Below, piece after piece: positions 20,570 through 33,345 of a DNA stretch of 49,635 bases (position 1 is the first letter of the stretch; each line of letters starts with the position of its first letter). The DNA is from Rhodospirillales bacterium (GTDB lineage: Bacteria; Pseudomonadota; Alphaproteobacteria; Rhodospirillales; 2-02-FULL-58-16). The notes under the pieces are model-generated. The model was not told the DNA's origin. It saw only the letters and a program-made list of their open reading frames with translations, and made no database searches. The stretch lies in NCBI GenBank assembly GCA_036012725.1, contig DASCPW010000066.1, positions 1-49,635 on the forward strand. The letters are read 5' to 3'. The position numbers were made by a program, and so were the translations under genes.

Positions 20570-21721
20570 TCTTTTGAACTGCTTGCCGAGCGCCAGGCCT
20601 TGACGCTGGTAGTTGGAGCCGATTTTGGCCCCGTAAATCTTGTCGGGAACGCCGGTCAGCCTTTCATAGAGCAACCGGCCGACGACTTGCCCGTCCTCGA
20701 TCATGAACGGAACCTCGTGCGACCTGACCTCGAGAACGGCGCGGCTGGCGGCGTCGCCGGTCTCAGAATAGCCAAAGCCGGGGTCGAAAAAACCCGCGTA
20801 GTGGACGCGGAACTCGCCGACCAAGGTATCATAGGCAACCATCTCGGCGGCGTGATCGGGCGGCACCGTCACCGCTTCCTTTGAGGCCAGGATATAGAAA
20901 TCGCCGGGATTGAGGATGATCTCGCCGTTTTTCGCCGCCCGCACCGGCTCCCAGAATTCCATCGGGTCGTAATGGCCGATCTTGTCCAGGTCGATGAGTC
21001 CGGTATGCACCCTTGCCTTGTAGCCGACCAGATCGGAGGAGCCGCCCAGCAAGTCAACGGTGATGGCCAGCCCCCTCGAGATATTTTCCTGTCCGGGCTT
21101 CACATCGACAAGGGGGACCTCCTCATGCAAGCGGCGCATCGCCGTGTCACTGGCCAGTGGGTGGCCGCGCCGCAAGCGCAACTGGTTCAGCCGCATGCCT
21201 TGGCGGACGACGATGCTGAACGCGCGCGGCGAAATCTCGGCGTAAAGGGGGCCTTTATATGCGCTTTTGACCAGGTCGAAGGAAACTGCCTGATCGGTGA
21301 TCAGGCGGGTGAATACGTCCAGCCGGCCGGTCGAGCTTTTCGGATTGGCGATGGCCGAGGTGCGCTTGCGCAGCTTCAGGCTTTCCATCAGGGGGACGAT
21401 GTAAACACAGCCCTTCTCGAGGACAGCGCCAGGGCCCAGGTCCACCTCGTGCATGCCGAGGGCATCTATTTTGTCGCTCACCTTCGATTGCGCGCCGGGA
21501 AGAAAACTGGCCCTGACCCGGTAGGCGGCGGACCCGAGCCGAAGATCGATGCTGGCCGGCTGAATCTGTTCTTCCGAAACCTCTTGCGCCGCGACGATCT
21601 CATGATTGCGGATGAGCTTGCGGATTTCCTGCGACGGTAGGATGCCGGTCGAGTGCAGCGGCTCGGCCGCCGCCTCTTCTTCAGCCATATCCGGGAAGAG
21701 GAGCCTTGCGTTTTCAGCCAT
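20564..21721 (-). CDS. dcd: 2'-deoxycytidine 5'-triphosphate deaminase (long alphaproteobacterial type)
   Basis: QIQPASIDLRLG, ANPKSSTGRLDVFTR, GEFRVHYAGFFDPGFG, SNYQRQGL. Confidence 0.9.
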   Translation of the reverse strand: MAENARLLFPDMAEEEAAAEPLHSTGILPSQEIRKLIRNHEIVAAQEVSEEQIQPASIDLRLGSAAYRVRASFLPGAQSKVSDKIDALGMHEVDLGPGAVLEKGCVYIVPLMESLKLRKRTSAIANPKSSTGRLDVFTRLITDQAVSFDLVKSAYKGPLYAEISPRAFSIVVRQGMRLNQLRLRRGHPLASDTAMRRLHEEVPLVDVKPGQENISRGLAITVDLLGGSSDLVGYKARVHTGLIDLDKIGHYDPMEFWEPVRAAKNGEIILNPGDFYILASKEAVTVPPDHAAEMVAYDTLVGEFRVHYAGFFDPGFGYSETGDAASRAVLEVRSHEVPFMIEDGQVVGRLLYERLTGVPDKIYGAKIGSNYQRQGLALGKQFKRS

Positions 21722-22008
21722 GGTTACGAAACCTCCCACGGCCCGCCGGCGCCCATCGCCGGCGCGGGCCGAACCGGGTCCATTGAATAACAAAAACAGC
21801 TAATGCGTTCAATGACCTAGGCTATCCAATTCGTTCCCCATGCCATCCCCGGATTTATCCACATGGAGCCACCCCGGAAAGCCCCTCTTACTGCCGGGAT
21901 CGCTTTTTTTCCCCGGAATTCACAAGTTTGGTACCCGCCAACAGTATACCGCCGGCGGCGCAAGGCCGGTAAAGACGAGGGCAAAATTCCCCGCCGTCCG
22001 GTCTCGCC

Positions 22009-22869
22009 ATGGTGTATGCTTTGGACATGAAGACAGCAGCTGCAAAACAAGCGGTCACGGTTGCCGGACTGAGGGCGCGAAAAGGCGGTGTCCCGATCGT
22101 CTGCCTGACCGCCTATACCGCGCTGATGGCGAAACTGCTGGACGAGCATGTGGACATTCTCCTGGTCGGCGATTCCGTCGGCATGGTGCTCTATGGCATG
22201 GAAACCACCCTCGGCGTGACCCTGGAGATGATGATTGCCCATGGTTCAGCCGTCCGGCGGGGCGCCGAAAGGGCCTTGGTGATCGTCGACATGCCCTTCG
22301 GCAGCTATCAGGAATCATCCCAGGCGGCCTTCCGGTCCTGTTCCCAGGTGATGAAGAAAACGGGCGCCGCCGGGGTCAAGCTGGAAGGCGGCGCCGACAT
22401 GGCCGAGACCATCCGTTTCCTGACCCGGCGCGGCATTCCGGTCATGGGCCATGTCGGGCTGATGCCGCAATCGGTCAACATCGCCGGCGGCTACCGTAGC
22501 CACGGCAAGGAAGCCAAGGATGCCAGGCGCATCCTTGGCGACGCCAAGGCGGTGGCCAAGGCCGGCGCTTTTGCCATCGTCATCGAGGGCACCGTTGAGC
22601 CCCTGGCCCGCGAGATCACCAAGGCCGTGCCCGTGCCGACCATCGGCATCGGCGCCTCGCCGGCCTGCGACGGACAGATTTTGGTCACCGAGGACATTAT
22701 TGGGTTGTTCTCTGAATTCACGCCCAGGTTCGTCAAACGCTACGCCGAACTGGACCAGCAAATCTCGGCGGCGGCCGAGGCTTACGCCGGCGACGTGCGG
22801 GCCGGCCGCTTTCCCGGACCGGAACACTGTTTCGGGGTCAACAAGAAACCGGCAAAGAAAAAAGGGTAG
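22009..22869 (+). CDS. panB: 3-methyl-2-oxobutanoate hydroxymethyltransferase
   Basis: [38 protein letters not shown]. Confidence 0.96.
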   Translation: MVYALDMKTAAAKQAVTVAGLRARKGGVPIVCLTAYTALMAKLLDEHVDILLVGDSVGMVLYGMETTLGVTLEMMIAHGSAVRRGAERALVIVDMPFGSYQESSQAAFRSCSQVMKKTGAAGVKLEGGADMAETIRFLTRRGIPVMGHVGLMPQSVNIAGGYRSHGKEAKDARRILGDAKAVAKAGAFAIVIEGTVEPLAREITKAVPVPTIGIGASPACDGQILVTEDIIGLFSEFTPRFVKRYAELDQQISAAAEAYAGDVRAGRFPGPEHCFGVNKKPAKKKG

Positions 22870-22871
22870 TC

Positions 22872-23714
22872 ATGGCGGCCAAGATCGCGCGCCGCGTCGC
22901 CGAGCTTCGCGCCCATGTGACGGCCTGGCGGGCCAATGGGCAAAGCGTCGGCCTGGTGCCAACCATGGGGGCCTTGCATGACGGACACTTGAGTCTGGTT
23001 CGCCGCTCCCTGGCCAGGACCGGGCGCACCATCGTCAGCCTTTTCGTCAACCCCAAGCAGTTCGCGCCGGGCGAGGACTTCGACACCTATCCCCGCGACG
23101 AAGCCGACGACGCCGGCAAGCTGGCAGCAATGGGCGCGCATCTGTTGTTCGCCCCGAAGGTGGAGGAAATTTTTCCCGATGGCTTCGCGGCCAAGGTCTC
23201 GGTGCCTGGCCTGGGCGACATCCTGGAAGGAGAGTGCCGCCCTGGATTTTTCGACGGCGTGGCGACGGTGGTTACCAAGCTCTTGCTGCAGGCCGGCGCC
23301 GACAGGGCTTTTTTCGGCGAAAAGGATTACCAGCAGCTGTTGATCATCAAGCGCCTGGTCGGGGATCTCGACATCCCGGTCGCAATCGAGGCGGCGCCGA
23401 CGGTGCGTGAGGCCGACGGATTGGCGCTCTCTTCGCGTAATGCTTACTTGAGCGAAGACCAGCGGGCCTGCGCGTCGGCGCTCTTTAGGACCTTATCAGC
23501 GATGGCCGAAGGCGCCGCCAAGGAGACGGACATCGCCGAGATGGAAAATTGGGCCGGTAAGGAGCTTTTGGACGGCGGTTTCACCAGGGTCGATTACATC
23601 ACCCTTCGCGACGCCGAAACCCTGGCCCAGTGGGCCGGCAAATCACGCCCCGGGCGGGCGCTCGCCGCCGCCTGGCTGGGCCGAACACGGCTCATCGACA
23701 ACGTCGCGGTTTGA
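22872..23714 (+). CDS. panC: Pantoate--beta-alanine ligase
   Basis: VPTMGALHDGH, FVNPKQF, FGEKDYQQ, DGLALSSRN, RLIDN. Confidence 0.96.
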   Translation: MAAKIARRVAELRAHVTAWRANGQSVGLVPTMGALHDGHLSLVRRSLARTGRTIVSLFVNPKQFAPGEDFDTYPRDEADDAGKLAAMGAHLLFAPKVEEIFPDGFAAKVSVPGLGDILEGECRPGFFDGVATVVTKLLLQAGADRAFFGEKDYQQLLIIKRLVGDLDIPVAIEAAPTVREADGLALSSRNAYLSEDQRACASALFRTLSAMAEGAAKETDIAEMENWAGKELLDGGFTRVDYITLRDAETLAQWAGKSRPGRALAAAWLGRTRLIDNVAV

Positions 23715-23739
23715 AACTTCGGGTTATTCGGGAACCAGC

Positions 23740-23761
23740 GCGGCTTCCTTTAGGAAGCCGC
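23740..23761. terminator. Hairpin between convergent panC and the Mms6-like remnant
   Basis: gcggcttcct-tt-aggaagccgc, a perfect 10-bp stem. No clear U tract. Confidence 0.4.
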
Positions 23762-23985
23762 CTCGGCAACCGCCTCTTCAAGTTCTGTGTCGCTCAATTC
23801 CAGATTCTGGCAGTGGCGGTACAACCCATACCCGGCGGCGGCAGCAGCAGCCCCCAAACGCCCAAGCCCAAGCCGAGCCCCAGGCTGAACCCGGTTCCCG
23901 TCCAGATGGTTCCGCCCGCCGCCGCGCCCTTGGCGGCGGTGGCGGCGGCGATGGTCTTGCCGCCCACCCTTCGGCCGTCAAACAG
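23750..23985 (-). pseudogene. Mms6/Mms5/Mms7-like GL-repeat small membrane protein, frameshifted
   Basis: GGKTIAAATAAKGAAAGGTIWTGTGFSLGLGLGLGVWG, then after a frame change near 23851 AAAAAAGYGLYRHCQNLELSDTELEEAVAEAAS* (TAA 23750-23752). The start is uncertain. Confidence 0.7.
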
Positions 23986-23993
23986 ATCCCTCC

Positions 23994-24022
23994 CTTGCGC
24001 CGGCGAAATTCCACGACATATT
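23994..24022 (+). promoter_or_regulatory. Possible RpoH (sigma32)-type promoter of clpB
   Basis: CTTGCG-N16-ACATATT about 95 bp upstream of clpB, a weak match to the alphaproteobacterial CTTGAA-N16-CCTATAT consensus. Confidence 0.35.
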
Positions 24023-24115
24023 AGGGAATAAGGCCTACAAATCGTAGGGGTTCCCATGGCAACCCATGGGCTTCATGGAGCCTTGCGGTCCGGTCGCCAA
24101 AAGGGTGGATGATCG

Positions 24116-26710
<2,595 letters not shown>

Positions 26711-26728
26711 AGCGCCTTGGGATTTGCT

Positions 26729-28090
26729 CTAGGACTGGGGCTGGGCGGCGGTGGCGGCGTAGCGGCGGTCGATCCTGGCCTTGGCGGCTTTGAACAGTTT
26801 TAGCTCCCTGCCTTTTAGCTTGCGCCCCGACGGCATTTTTACCTTCAGCGGATTGACGCGCCGCCCCTGGCGGAGGATTTCGTAATGCAGGTGCGGCCCG
26901 GTCGAGCGCCCGGTGGTGCCCACATAGCCGATAATCTGGCCCTGCTTGACCCGCCGCCCCTTGGCCATGCCCTTGGCGAAGCTCCGCATATGGGCATAAG
27001 CGGTGGTATAAAGGCCGTTATGGCGAAGACGGATATAGTTTCCGTACGCCCCCTTGCGGCCGGCGTAAATGACACTGCCCCGGCCGGCGGCGTAGATCGG
27101 CGTGCCCGGCGGCGCCGCGAAGTCCACTCCCCGGTGCATCTTGTTGTAGCCCAGCACCGGATGGCGGCGCTTGCCGAAAGTGGAGCTTAGCCGAGCGCCG
27201 TCTATGGGGGTGCGCATCAGCGCCTTGCGCGCGCTCTCGCCTTTTTCGTTGAAGTAGTCCCTCTGTCCGCCGGCGGTGGTATGCAGATAGATGCGATGGC
27301 GCTCGCCGCGCAACGTCAAGGCAGCGTACGAAATGGCGCCGTTGTGGACGAGATTGCCGTCGGCGTCGTGGAAACGCTTGAACATGACCTCGAAACCGTC
27401 GCCCGGCCGGATATCGCGCTGAAAATCCACATCCCAGGAATAGGCACGGATCAACTCGGCCAAGACCGCCGCCGGCACCCCGGCCTTGCCGCCGGCAGTG
27501 GACAGGCTGTAACGGATTTTGCCGGCCAACCTATGCAGCGAAGGGCGAAGCAAGCGTTGGCGTTTTGTCGCCTTGAATCCGCCGCCGGAGAGGCGCCCGA
27601 CAATGATCTCCTGGTTGTAATTGGGGACCAGGGAGAGGCCAAGGAAACGGCCCGGCGACAAGGCGGCGGAGTCCTCGGCGATGTTGGGCTGAATGGTGAC
27701 GGTGATTTCCTGGCCGGGCCTGATCAGGCGCGGGTCGTAATGACCGTTCAAGGTGGCAAGCGCGGCATGGGCGTCTTGGCCTGAGATGCCGGCATCGACG
27801 AGCAACCTGGCGAGGGTATCGCCCGGCCCGGCCCTAAGGGTGAAGGAATATGGACCGCTCCCAGCCCTGATCTCGCTTGGCGGACCCTGGCGGCGGGTCA
27901 GCAAAGTCGCCGCAGCCGTCGGATTGCCTAGGGATATGGGCGCCATGGCGATGGCCGGATCAAACGAGCCGACGCCGGATGGCGGCGCGGCGGCGGGGAA
28001 GCCGTGCCAGGCCAAGGCCAGGCCGGCACCTATAACCGCCACGATAGGGATTACCTTCAACCGCATCGATCTTCCTTGAAGTCTAGCCAA
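26729..28090 (-). CDS. M23 family peptidoglycan DD-metalloendopeptidase
   Basis: YSWDVDFQRDI, HRGVD, YAHM, GRSTGPHLHYE. Start may be ATG near 28066. Confidence 0.92.
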   Translation of the reverse strand: MARLQGRSMRLKVIPIVAVIGAGLALAWHGFPAAAPPSGVGSFDPAIAMAPISLGNPTAAATLLTRRQGPPSEIRAGSGPYSFTLRAGPGDTLARLLVDAGISGQDAHAALATLNGHYDPRLIRPGQEITVTIQPNIAEDSAALSPGRFLGLSLVPNYNQEIIVGRLSGGGFKATKRQRLLRPSLHRLAGKIRYSLSTAGGKAGVPAAVLAELIRAYSWDVDFQRDIRPGDGFEVMFKRFHDADGNLVHNGAISYAALTLRGERHRIYLHTTAGGQRDYFNEKGESARKALMRTPIDGARLSSTFGKRRHPVLGYNKMHRGVDFAAPPGTPIYAAGRGSVIYAGRKGAYGNYIRLRHNGLYTTAYAHMRSFAKGMAKGRRVKQGQIIGYVGTTGRSTGPHLHYEILRQGRRVNPLKVKMPSGRKLKGRELKLFKAAKARIDRRYAATAAQPQS

Positions 28091-28249
28091 TAAATTGCGA
28101 TTCCCATAGGACGATCAATAATATAAGTCAAATTTTTAACGGAAACTTTCTGACCGCCGCCGGATGCCAAGGAAATGAAATTGCAAAACCACCATACCCG
28201 CGCCGACCCCACACGTAATTGACAGGGTGGCGGGGATGTCCATAATGAG

Positions 28250-28418
28250 AATTCGGTGATGGTTCCCCAAAAAACGGGGACGAAGAGGGAACACGGTGAA
28301 AGTCCGTGGCTGCCTCCGCAACTGTAAACGGTGAGTTCCTGCCGCTAACAAGCCACTGGGAAACCGGGAAGGCCAGGCAGGGAACTATGATCCGCTAGCC
28401 AGGAGACCTACCGTCACT
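28250..28418 (+). promoter_or_regulatory. Cobalamin (B12) riboswitch
   Basis: Canonical elements aagAGGGAAcacGGTGaaagtCCG, ggCTGCCtcCGCAACTGTAA, GCCACTG..GGGAAGG and the B12 box AGCCAGGAGACCT; directly upstream of a BtuB-like gene. Confidence 0.93.
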
Positions 28419-28622
28419 GCGTCACCCAACCGTCACGCGGAGCGTTTGATGGTCCGGTTTACCGTTCGCGGTGACGCACTGTTCGTAAGTGCTCGCGTAA
28501 GGGAAACCGGCCGGTGAAGTTGACAAATCCAAAACCCGAACCGTTGCGCGTGACCGCGGCCAAGTTCACTAGTTTTTCCCCCCCGCGGGCTCCAATGATC
28601 ACTTAATTTGGAGTCTGTAACG

Positions 28623-30677
28623 ATGAAAACCCATCTTAACCCCTACCCCATGCCGCCAACGGAATTGCTGCCCTTTGCGGTTACGGCGGCTTTGGCTCTG
28701 CTGGCGGCACCTTTCGCCGGCGCCCAGGAACCTGTCACCCAATTCGATGATATCTTTGTTTCGGCCTCGCGCCTCGGTATCGGCTTCGCCGGCGCCTCCA
28801 CATCGGTCATCGAGGCCGATGAAATCGAAAAGTCCGCCGCCCAATCCTTGCCCGAGCTTCTCGGCCTGGAAGCCGGCATTCAAAGCCGCGACTTCTTCGG
28901 GGGCACGGCGGGAACGCGGGCAACCGTCGATATCCGTGGTTTCGGCACGGCGGGAACCCAGAACACCCTGCTGTTGATCGACGGCCGGCGTCTTAACGAC
29001 ATCGACCTGGCGGCAATCGACTGGTCGAAGATCCCCAAAGACAGCATCGAGAGAATCGAGATCATTCGCGGCAACGCCGGCGCCGTGCTCTATGGCGACG
29101 GCGCCATCGGCGGGGTCGTTAATATTGTCACCAAACCGGCCACCGAACGGGAGCAAAAGAGGCGCTTGAACGTCTCTTTCGGTTCCGACGACCACCGGGG
29201 GACTGACCTCTCGGTCAACCAGTCCGCCGGCCCGGTTTCAGTCAGCCTTTACGCCAACTACATCGACACCCATGGGTACCGGGACAATAACAATTTCATT
29301 AAACGCAACTTTTCCACCGAACTCCGCCACCGGGGAAAGAAGGGAGATGCATTCATCAAGCTGAACATGGATGATGAAAATCTGCAATTACCAGGGGCGC
29401 GCCTGGTCACCGAGAGCACCGGCAGCGATCTCCTCGAGACGGACCGGCGCGGCGCCGCGACGCCGTTCGACTTTGCCTTGCAAAACGGCATTGACGTCAC
29501 CCTCGGGGTGACCCGGCAACTGTCGAAGGACATGAAACTCGCCGTCGAGGGCGGCGTCAGGCAGAAGGATCAGGACGCCTATCTCAATGATTTTTCCGTT
29601 GTCGATACCGTGCTCACCACATGGTCGTTGACGCCCAGGCTGATCGCCGACCACGGCATCGGCGGGCTCGACGCCAATACGACCCTTGGCCTGGACTATT
29701 ACTACGCCGACTATGATTCCGACCGGAAAAGCGGTTTTGCCGCCATTCAGCCGGATGACCGTTACAACGCCAAGCAGCAAAGCGTCGCCCTTTACGCCCA
29801 GACCAGGCTTACTCTTTCCGAGAATACCGAGGCCCAAATCGGGCTGCGCGTTCAGCGTGTCGACGCCCACGCCGGGCATACCAAAATTCCCGCTTCCTGG
29901 ACCACCCAGATCTATTCCCTGAACGATACGGAATGGCATTACGCCGCCAATCTGGGCATCGAACACCAACTGACCGACGACTTTGTGCTCTTCGGCCGGA
30001 TCGGGCGCAGCCTGCGGATTCCGACCATCGACGAGCGTATCGGCAGCCTGGGAACCGGTTCGTTCGAGCTCAACACCCAGACATCAAAAGACGTGGAAGC
30101 CGGCCTGCGTTACGACTCCGGGCCGTTGAGCCTGCAAACCAGCGCCTTCCTGATGGAGTTGAAAAATGAGATCGCCTTTGATTCGCAGGTTGTCAACTTC
30201 GGGACCAACAAGAACTACAAGCCGACACGCCGCTACGGCGTCGAGAACAGCCTGGACTGGGCCATCGCCGACGATCTTCGTTTGAAGGGCGCGTTTTCCT
30301 ATATGCGGGCTAAATTCAAGGACGGCGACTTCGACGGCAACGACATCCCCCTGGTCGCCCCGTGGACGGTTAGCACGACGGTATTCTGGGACATCTGGAA
30401 GGATTACCTAAAGCTGGCGGCGACAATGAACTTCCTGGACTCAAAAAGGCTCGAAAATGACGAGCGGAACCTGTTCACCAAGATCCCCAGCCACGCCCTG
30501 GTTGACCTCAAACTGAACGGCGCCTACCGGTCGTTAACCTGGGCCGCCGAGGTCAACAATCTTTTCGACAAGGATTACTATAACTACGGTATCGCCAGCG
30601 CCACGACCATGGGCACCTACAACGCCTATCCCCTGCCCGGACGCACCTTCAAGTTAACGGCGGGGGCCAGGTTCTGA
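28623..30677 (+). CDS. btuB: TonB-dependent cobalamin receptor
   Basis: Plug domain (DIRGFG, LLLIDGRRLN, IERIEIIRG, LYGDGAIGGVVNI), C-terminal F, riboswitch upstream. Start uncertain. Confidence 0.88.
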   Translation: MKTHLNPYPMPPTELLPFAVTAALALLAAPFAGAQEPVTQFDDIFVSASRLGIGFAGASTSVIEADEIEKSAAQSLPELLGLEAGIQSRDFFGGTAGTRATVDIRGFGTAGTQNTLLLIDGRRLNDIDLAAIDWSKIPKDSIERIEIIRGNAGAVLYGDGAIGGVVNIVTKPATEREQKRRLNVSFGSDDHRGTDLSVNQSAGPVSVSLYANYIDTHGYRDNNNFIKRNFSTELRHRGKKGDAFIKLNMDDENLQLPGARLVTESTGSDLLETDRRGAATPFDFALQNGIDVTLGVTRQLSKDMKLAVEGGVRQKDQDAYLNDFSVVDTVLTTWSLTPRLIADHGIGGLDANTTLGLDYYYADYDSDRKSGFAAIQPDDRYNAKQQSVALYAQTRLTLSENTEAQIGLRVQRVDAHAGHTKIPASWTTQIYSLNDTEWHYAANLGIEHQLTDDFVLFGRIGRSLRIPTIDERIGSLGTGSFELNTQTSKDVEAGLRYDSGPLSLQTSAFLMELKNEIAFDSQVVNFGTNKNYKPTRRYGVENSLDWAIADDLRLKGAFSYMRAKFKDGDFDGNDIPLVAPWTVSTTVFWDIWKDYLKLAATMNFLDSKRLENDERNLFTKIPSHALVDLKLNGAYRSLTWAAEVNNLFDKDYYNYGIASATTMGTYNAYPLPGRTFKLTAGARF

Positions 30678-31519
30678 TGTCGACGGCGGTGGCGGCATTT
30701 TTGCTGGCGGTGCTCCTCTGGCCATCGGTGAGCGCCGCCAAGCCCGAACGCATCGTCTCCATCAACCTATGCGCCGACCAGATGCTGTTGGCCCTGGCCG
30801 AGCGCCACGCCATCGCCTCGCTGAGCCGCTTGGTCGCCGACCGGGAAATCTCGGCGGCGGCGGTCGAAGAGATCGAAGGCATCCCGCTTAACGGCGGCCG
30901 GGCCGAGGAAGTCCTGGCGCTTGCGCCGGACTTGGTGGTCGCCGGACGCCATGCCGCCCGGGCGACGATTTTCGTTCTCAAAAAACTGGGCTACAGGGTG
31001 ATGGAACTGGACATCGCCCGGTCCATCGCCGAAATCCGCGAGAGCATCCGGATTTTGGGCACCGCCATAGGCGAGGGGCAACGGGCCGAAAAACTGATTA
31101 AAGCCATCGACGCAAGGCTCCGGCGCTTGGCCCCGGCCGCCTCCGGAGCCCGCCTTGGCGCTGTTTATTACCAGCCCAACGGCTTGGCAGCGGGAGGTGA
31201 CAGCCTGGTCGACGACGTTATCTCCCGGGCCGGCCTTATCAACCTCGCCGCCGGGCTCGGCGTTCGCGGCCAGGGACGGCTGCCCTTGGAAATGCTGATC
31301 ATGGCGCGTCCCCATATCCTTATTGTCGATGCCGGCCGGCCGCAAGCCCCCGCCCTTGCCTTCCAGGTCCTGGATCATCCGGCCCTGACCGCCCTGACCG
31401 AAAAAGCGATAACCGTCGCCATTCCGCAAAGACTGTGGATATGCGGACTGCCGGCCACCATCGAGGCGACGGAACGGCTGGCGAAACTACGCCAATCGGC
31501 GGCGAGGCGGAACCAATGA
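30677..31519 (+). CDS. btuF: Cobalamin ABC transporter periplasmic binding protein
   Basis: PERIVSINLCADQ, AEEVLALAPDLV, LDHPAL, WICG. Confidence 0.85.
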   Translation: MSTAVAAFLLAVLLWPSVSAAKPERIVSINLCADQMLLALAERHAIASLSRLVADREISAAAVEEIEGIPLNGGRAEEVLALAPDLVVAGRHAARATIFVLKKLGYRVMELDIARSIAEIRESIRILGTAIGEGQRAEKLIKAIDARLRRLAPAASGARLGAVYYQPNGLAAGGDSLVDDVISRAGLINLAAGLGVRGQGRLPLEMLIMARPHILIVDAGRPQAPALAFQVLDHPALTALTEKAITVAIPQRLWICGLPATIEATERLAKLRQSAARRNQ

Positions 31520-32538
31520 CCGGCGGCGACGCCGTAGCGTCCGGGCCGGCGCCCTCCTGGCTGTTGCCTTTGGGGTTGTTTTCCGCCCTGGTTCCGTTAT
31601 GCGGCCTATCGCTGCTGGCGGGACAGGTGTCCTTGGACCCCGGCCAGGTGTTGGCCGGCCTCGCCGGCACCGGCGACGAGGCATATGGGCTAATCGTCTG
31701 GCACCTGCGGGTGCCGAGGACGCTGCTTGCCGTTCTCGTCGGGACCAGCCTAGGCTTGGCCGGCGCCGTCCTGCAGGGCCTTTTACGCAATCCCCTGGCC
31801 GAGCCGGGACTAATCGGCATTTCGACGACGGCAGCCTTGGGCGCGGTGTTGGTCTTCTACGGCGGTTTTGCCGCCGTTTTCATCCTCGCCCTGCCGCTCG
31901 GCGGGATGGCCGGGGCGGCTGTTTCCGTCGTCTTGCTGATGGGACTTTCCGGGCGCGGCGCCAGCACCTTTACGCTGATCCTGGCGGGCGTCGCCGTCAA
32001 CAGCCTGGCCGGCGCCCTGACGGCGCTGGCGCTCAACCTGTCGGACAATCCCTACGCCGCCACCGAGATCATATTCTGGATGCTGGGATCGCTGGCCGAC
32101 CGCGGTTTCGACCATGTCTGGATCGCCACCGTTTTCATGCTTCCGGGATGGCTGCTCATGCTCGGCACGGGGCGCGCCATGGACGCCCTCACCTTGGGCG
32201 AGGAAACGGCGGCCAGCCTGGGCTTTAACCTGGCTTCGCTGCGCTGGCGCTCGGTCCTCGGCACCGCCCTCGCCGTCGGCGCCGCGGTTTCCGTCAGCGG
32301 CGCCATCGGTTTTATCGGCTTGATGGTGCCGCACCTGCTGAGACCCCTGGTCGGCCATCAACCGGGACGGCTGCTCCTGGCCAGCGCCATCGGCGGCGCC
32401 TTGTTGCTGGTCGTCACCGACATTGCCGTCAGGCTGTTACCGACGGAGGTGGAGTTGAAGATCGGGGTGATGACCGCCTTGCTGGGGGCACCGTTCTTTT
32501 TCTTTCTGTTGTGGAAAATGCGGAGGACCCAGCAGTGA
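31516..32538 (+). CDS. btuC: Cobalamin/FecCD-type ABC permease
   Basis: LRVPRTLL, LQGLLRNPLAEPG, LTLGEETAASLG, GAIGFIGLMVPH. Confidence 0.88.
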   Translation: MTGGDAVASGPAPSWLLPLGLFSALVPLCGLSLLAGQVSLDPGQVLAGLAGTGDEAYGLIVWHLRVPRTLLAVLVGTSLGLAGAVLQGLLRNPLAEPGLIGISTTAALGAVLVFYGGFAAVFILALPLGGMAGAAVSVVLLMGLSGRGASTFTLILAGVAVNSLAGALTALALNLSDNPYAATEIIFWMLGSLADRGFDHVWIATVFMLPGWLLMLGTGRAMDALTLGEETAASLGFNLASLRWRSVLGTALAVGAAVSVSGAIGFIGLMVPHLLRPLVGHQPGRLLLASAIGGALLLVVTDIAVRLLPTEVELKIGVMTALLGAPFFFFLLWKMRRTQQ

Positions 32539-33344
32539 TCCGGTTACAAGCCGAGGCCATCAGTGTCGCTTACAACGGCCGCCAGGCGCTGGCCGCTGTC
32601 GGCGCGACGGTGGAAGACGGCGAAGTTGTCGGCCTTGTCGGCCCCAATGGCGCCGGCAAGACGACTTTGCTCAAGACTTGCGCCGGCTTGCTGGAGCCGG
32701 AGCGGGGAGCCGTCCTTTTCGAGGACAAGCCACTGGCGGAGTGGAGACCGGCGGCGCTAGCCCGGCGCCTCGCCTATCTGCCACAGGGAGCATCCTATGC
32801 CTGGCCGCTCAGGGTCCGCCGCCTGATCGCCCTGGGCAGGCTGCCGCATCTGCCGCCATGGCGGCGGCCGTCGCCTAACGACGAGGCGGCTATCGACCGG
32901 GCCATGCGCCTGGCCGACGTGGCGCATTTGGCTGGGCGCACCGCCGACGCCCTTTCCGGCGGCGAGAGGGCAAGGGTGATGCTGGCCAGGGCTCTGGCCG
33001 TCGAGCCCCGCTTGCTGCTCGCCGACGAGCCGGTCTCCGGGCTCGACCCCAGGCACCAGTTGCAAGTGATGGAAGTTCTCAAGGGCCTCGCCGAAGGCGG
33101 CGCCAGCGTCGTCGTCACATTGCACGATCTCAGCCTCGCCGCCCGTTTTTGCGACCGGCTGGTATTGCTGCGCGACGGCAAGATGATGGCCGAGGGGGCG
33201 CCGGCGGAAGTGCTTTCAACAGTCAACCTGGAAACGGTATTCGGCGTTCGCGCCGTCTCGGGCCGCCAGGACGGATCGCTCTATCTGCTGCCCTGGCAAG
33301 TGGTCAATGGTCCGGAAGGAACCGCCCCGGCGGACAAAATGTAA
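32535..33344 (+). CDS. btuD: Cobalamin/iron-chelate ABC ATPase
   Basis: GPNGAGKT, LSGGE, LLADEP, LHDL. GTG start at 32535 overlaps the permease stop. Confidence 0.86.
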   Translation: MIRLQAEAISVAYNGRQALAAVGATVEDGEVVGLVGPNGAGKTTLLKTCAGLLEPERGAVLFEDKPLAEWRPAALARRLAYLPQGASYAWPLRVRRLIALGRLPHLPPWRRPSPNDEAAIDRAMRLADVAHLAGRTADALSGGERARVMLARALAVEPRLLLADEPVSGLDPRHQLQVMEVLKGLAEGGASVVVTLHDLSLAARFCDRLVLLRDGKMMAEGAPAEVLSTVNLETVFGVRAVSGRQDGSLYLLPWQVVNGPEGTAPADKM

Positions 33345-33345
33345 C

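Noticed and set aside
23794-24057. The 87-aa ORF as the complete product of the GL-repeat locus
   Set aside because: Its ends (MGTPTICRP.., ..PPPGMGCT) look non-coding, and the Mms6-like TM and acidic tail lie in a different frame.
24030-24115. CIRCE element upstream of clpB
   Set aside because: Only a short cccatgg..ccatggg palindrome is present; there is no TTAGCACTC-N9-GAGTGCTAA.
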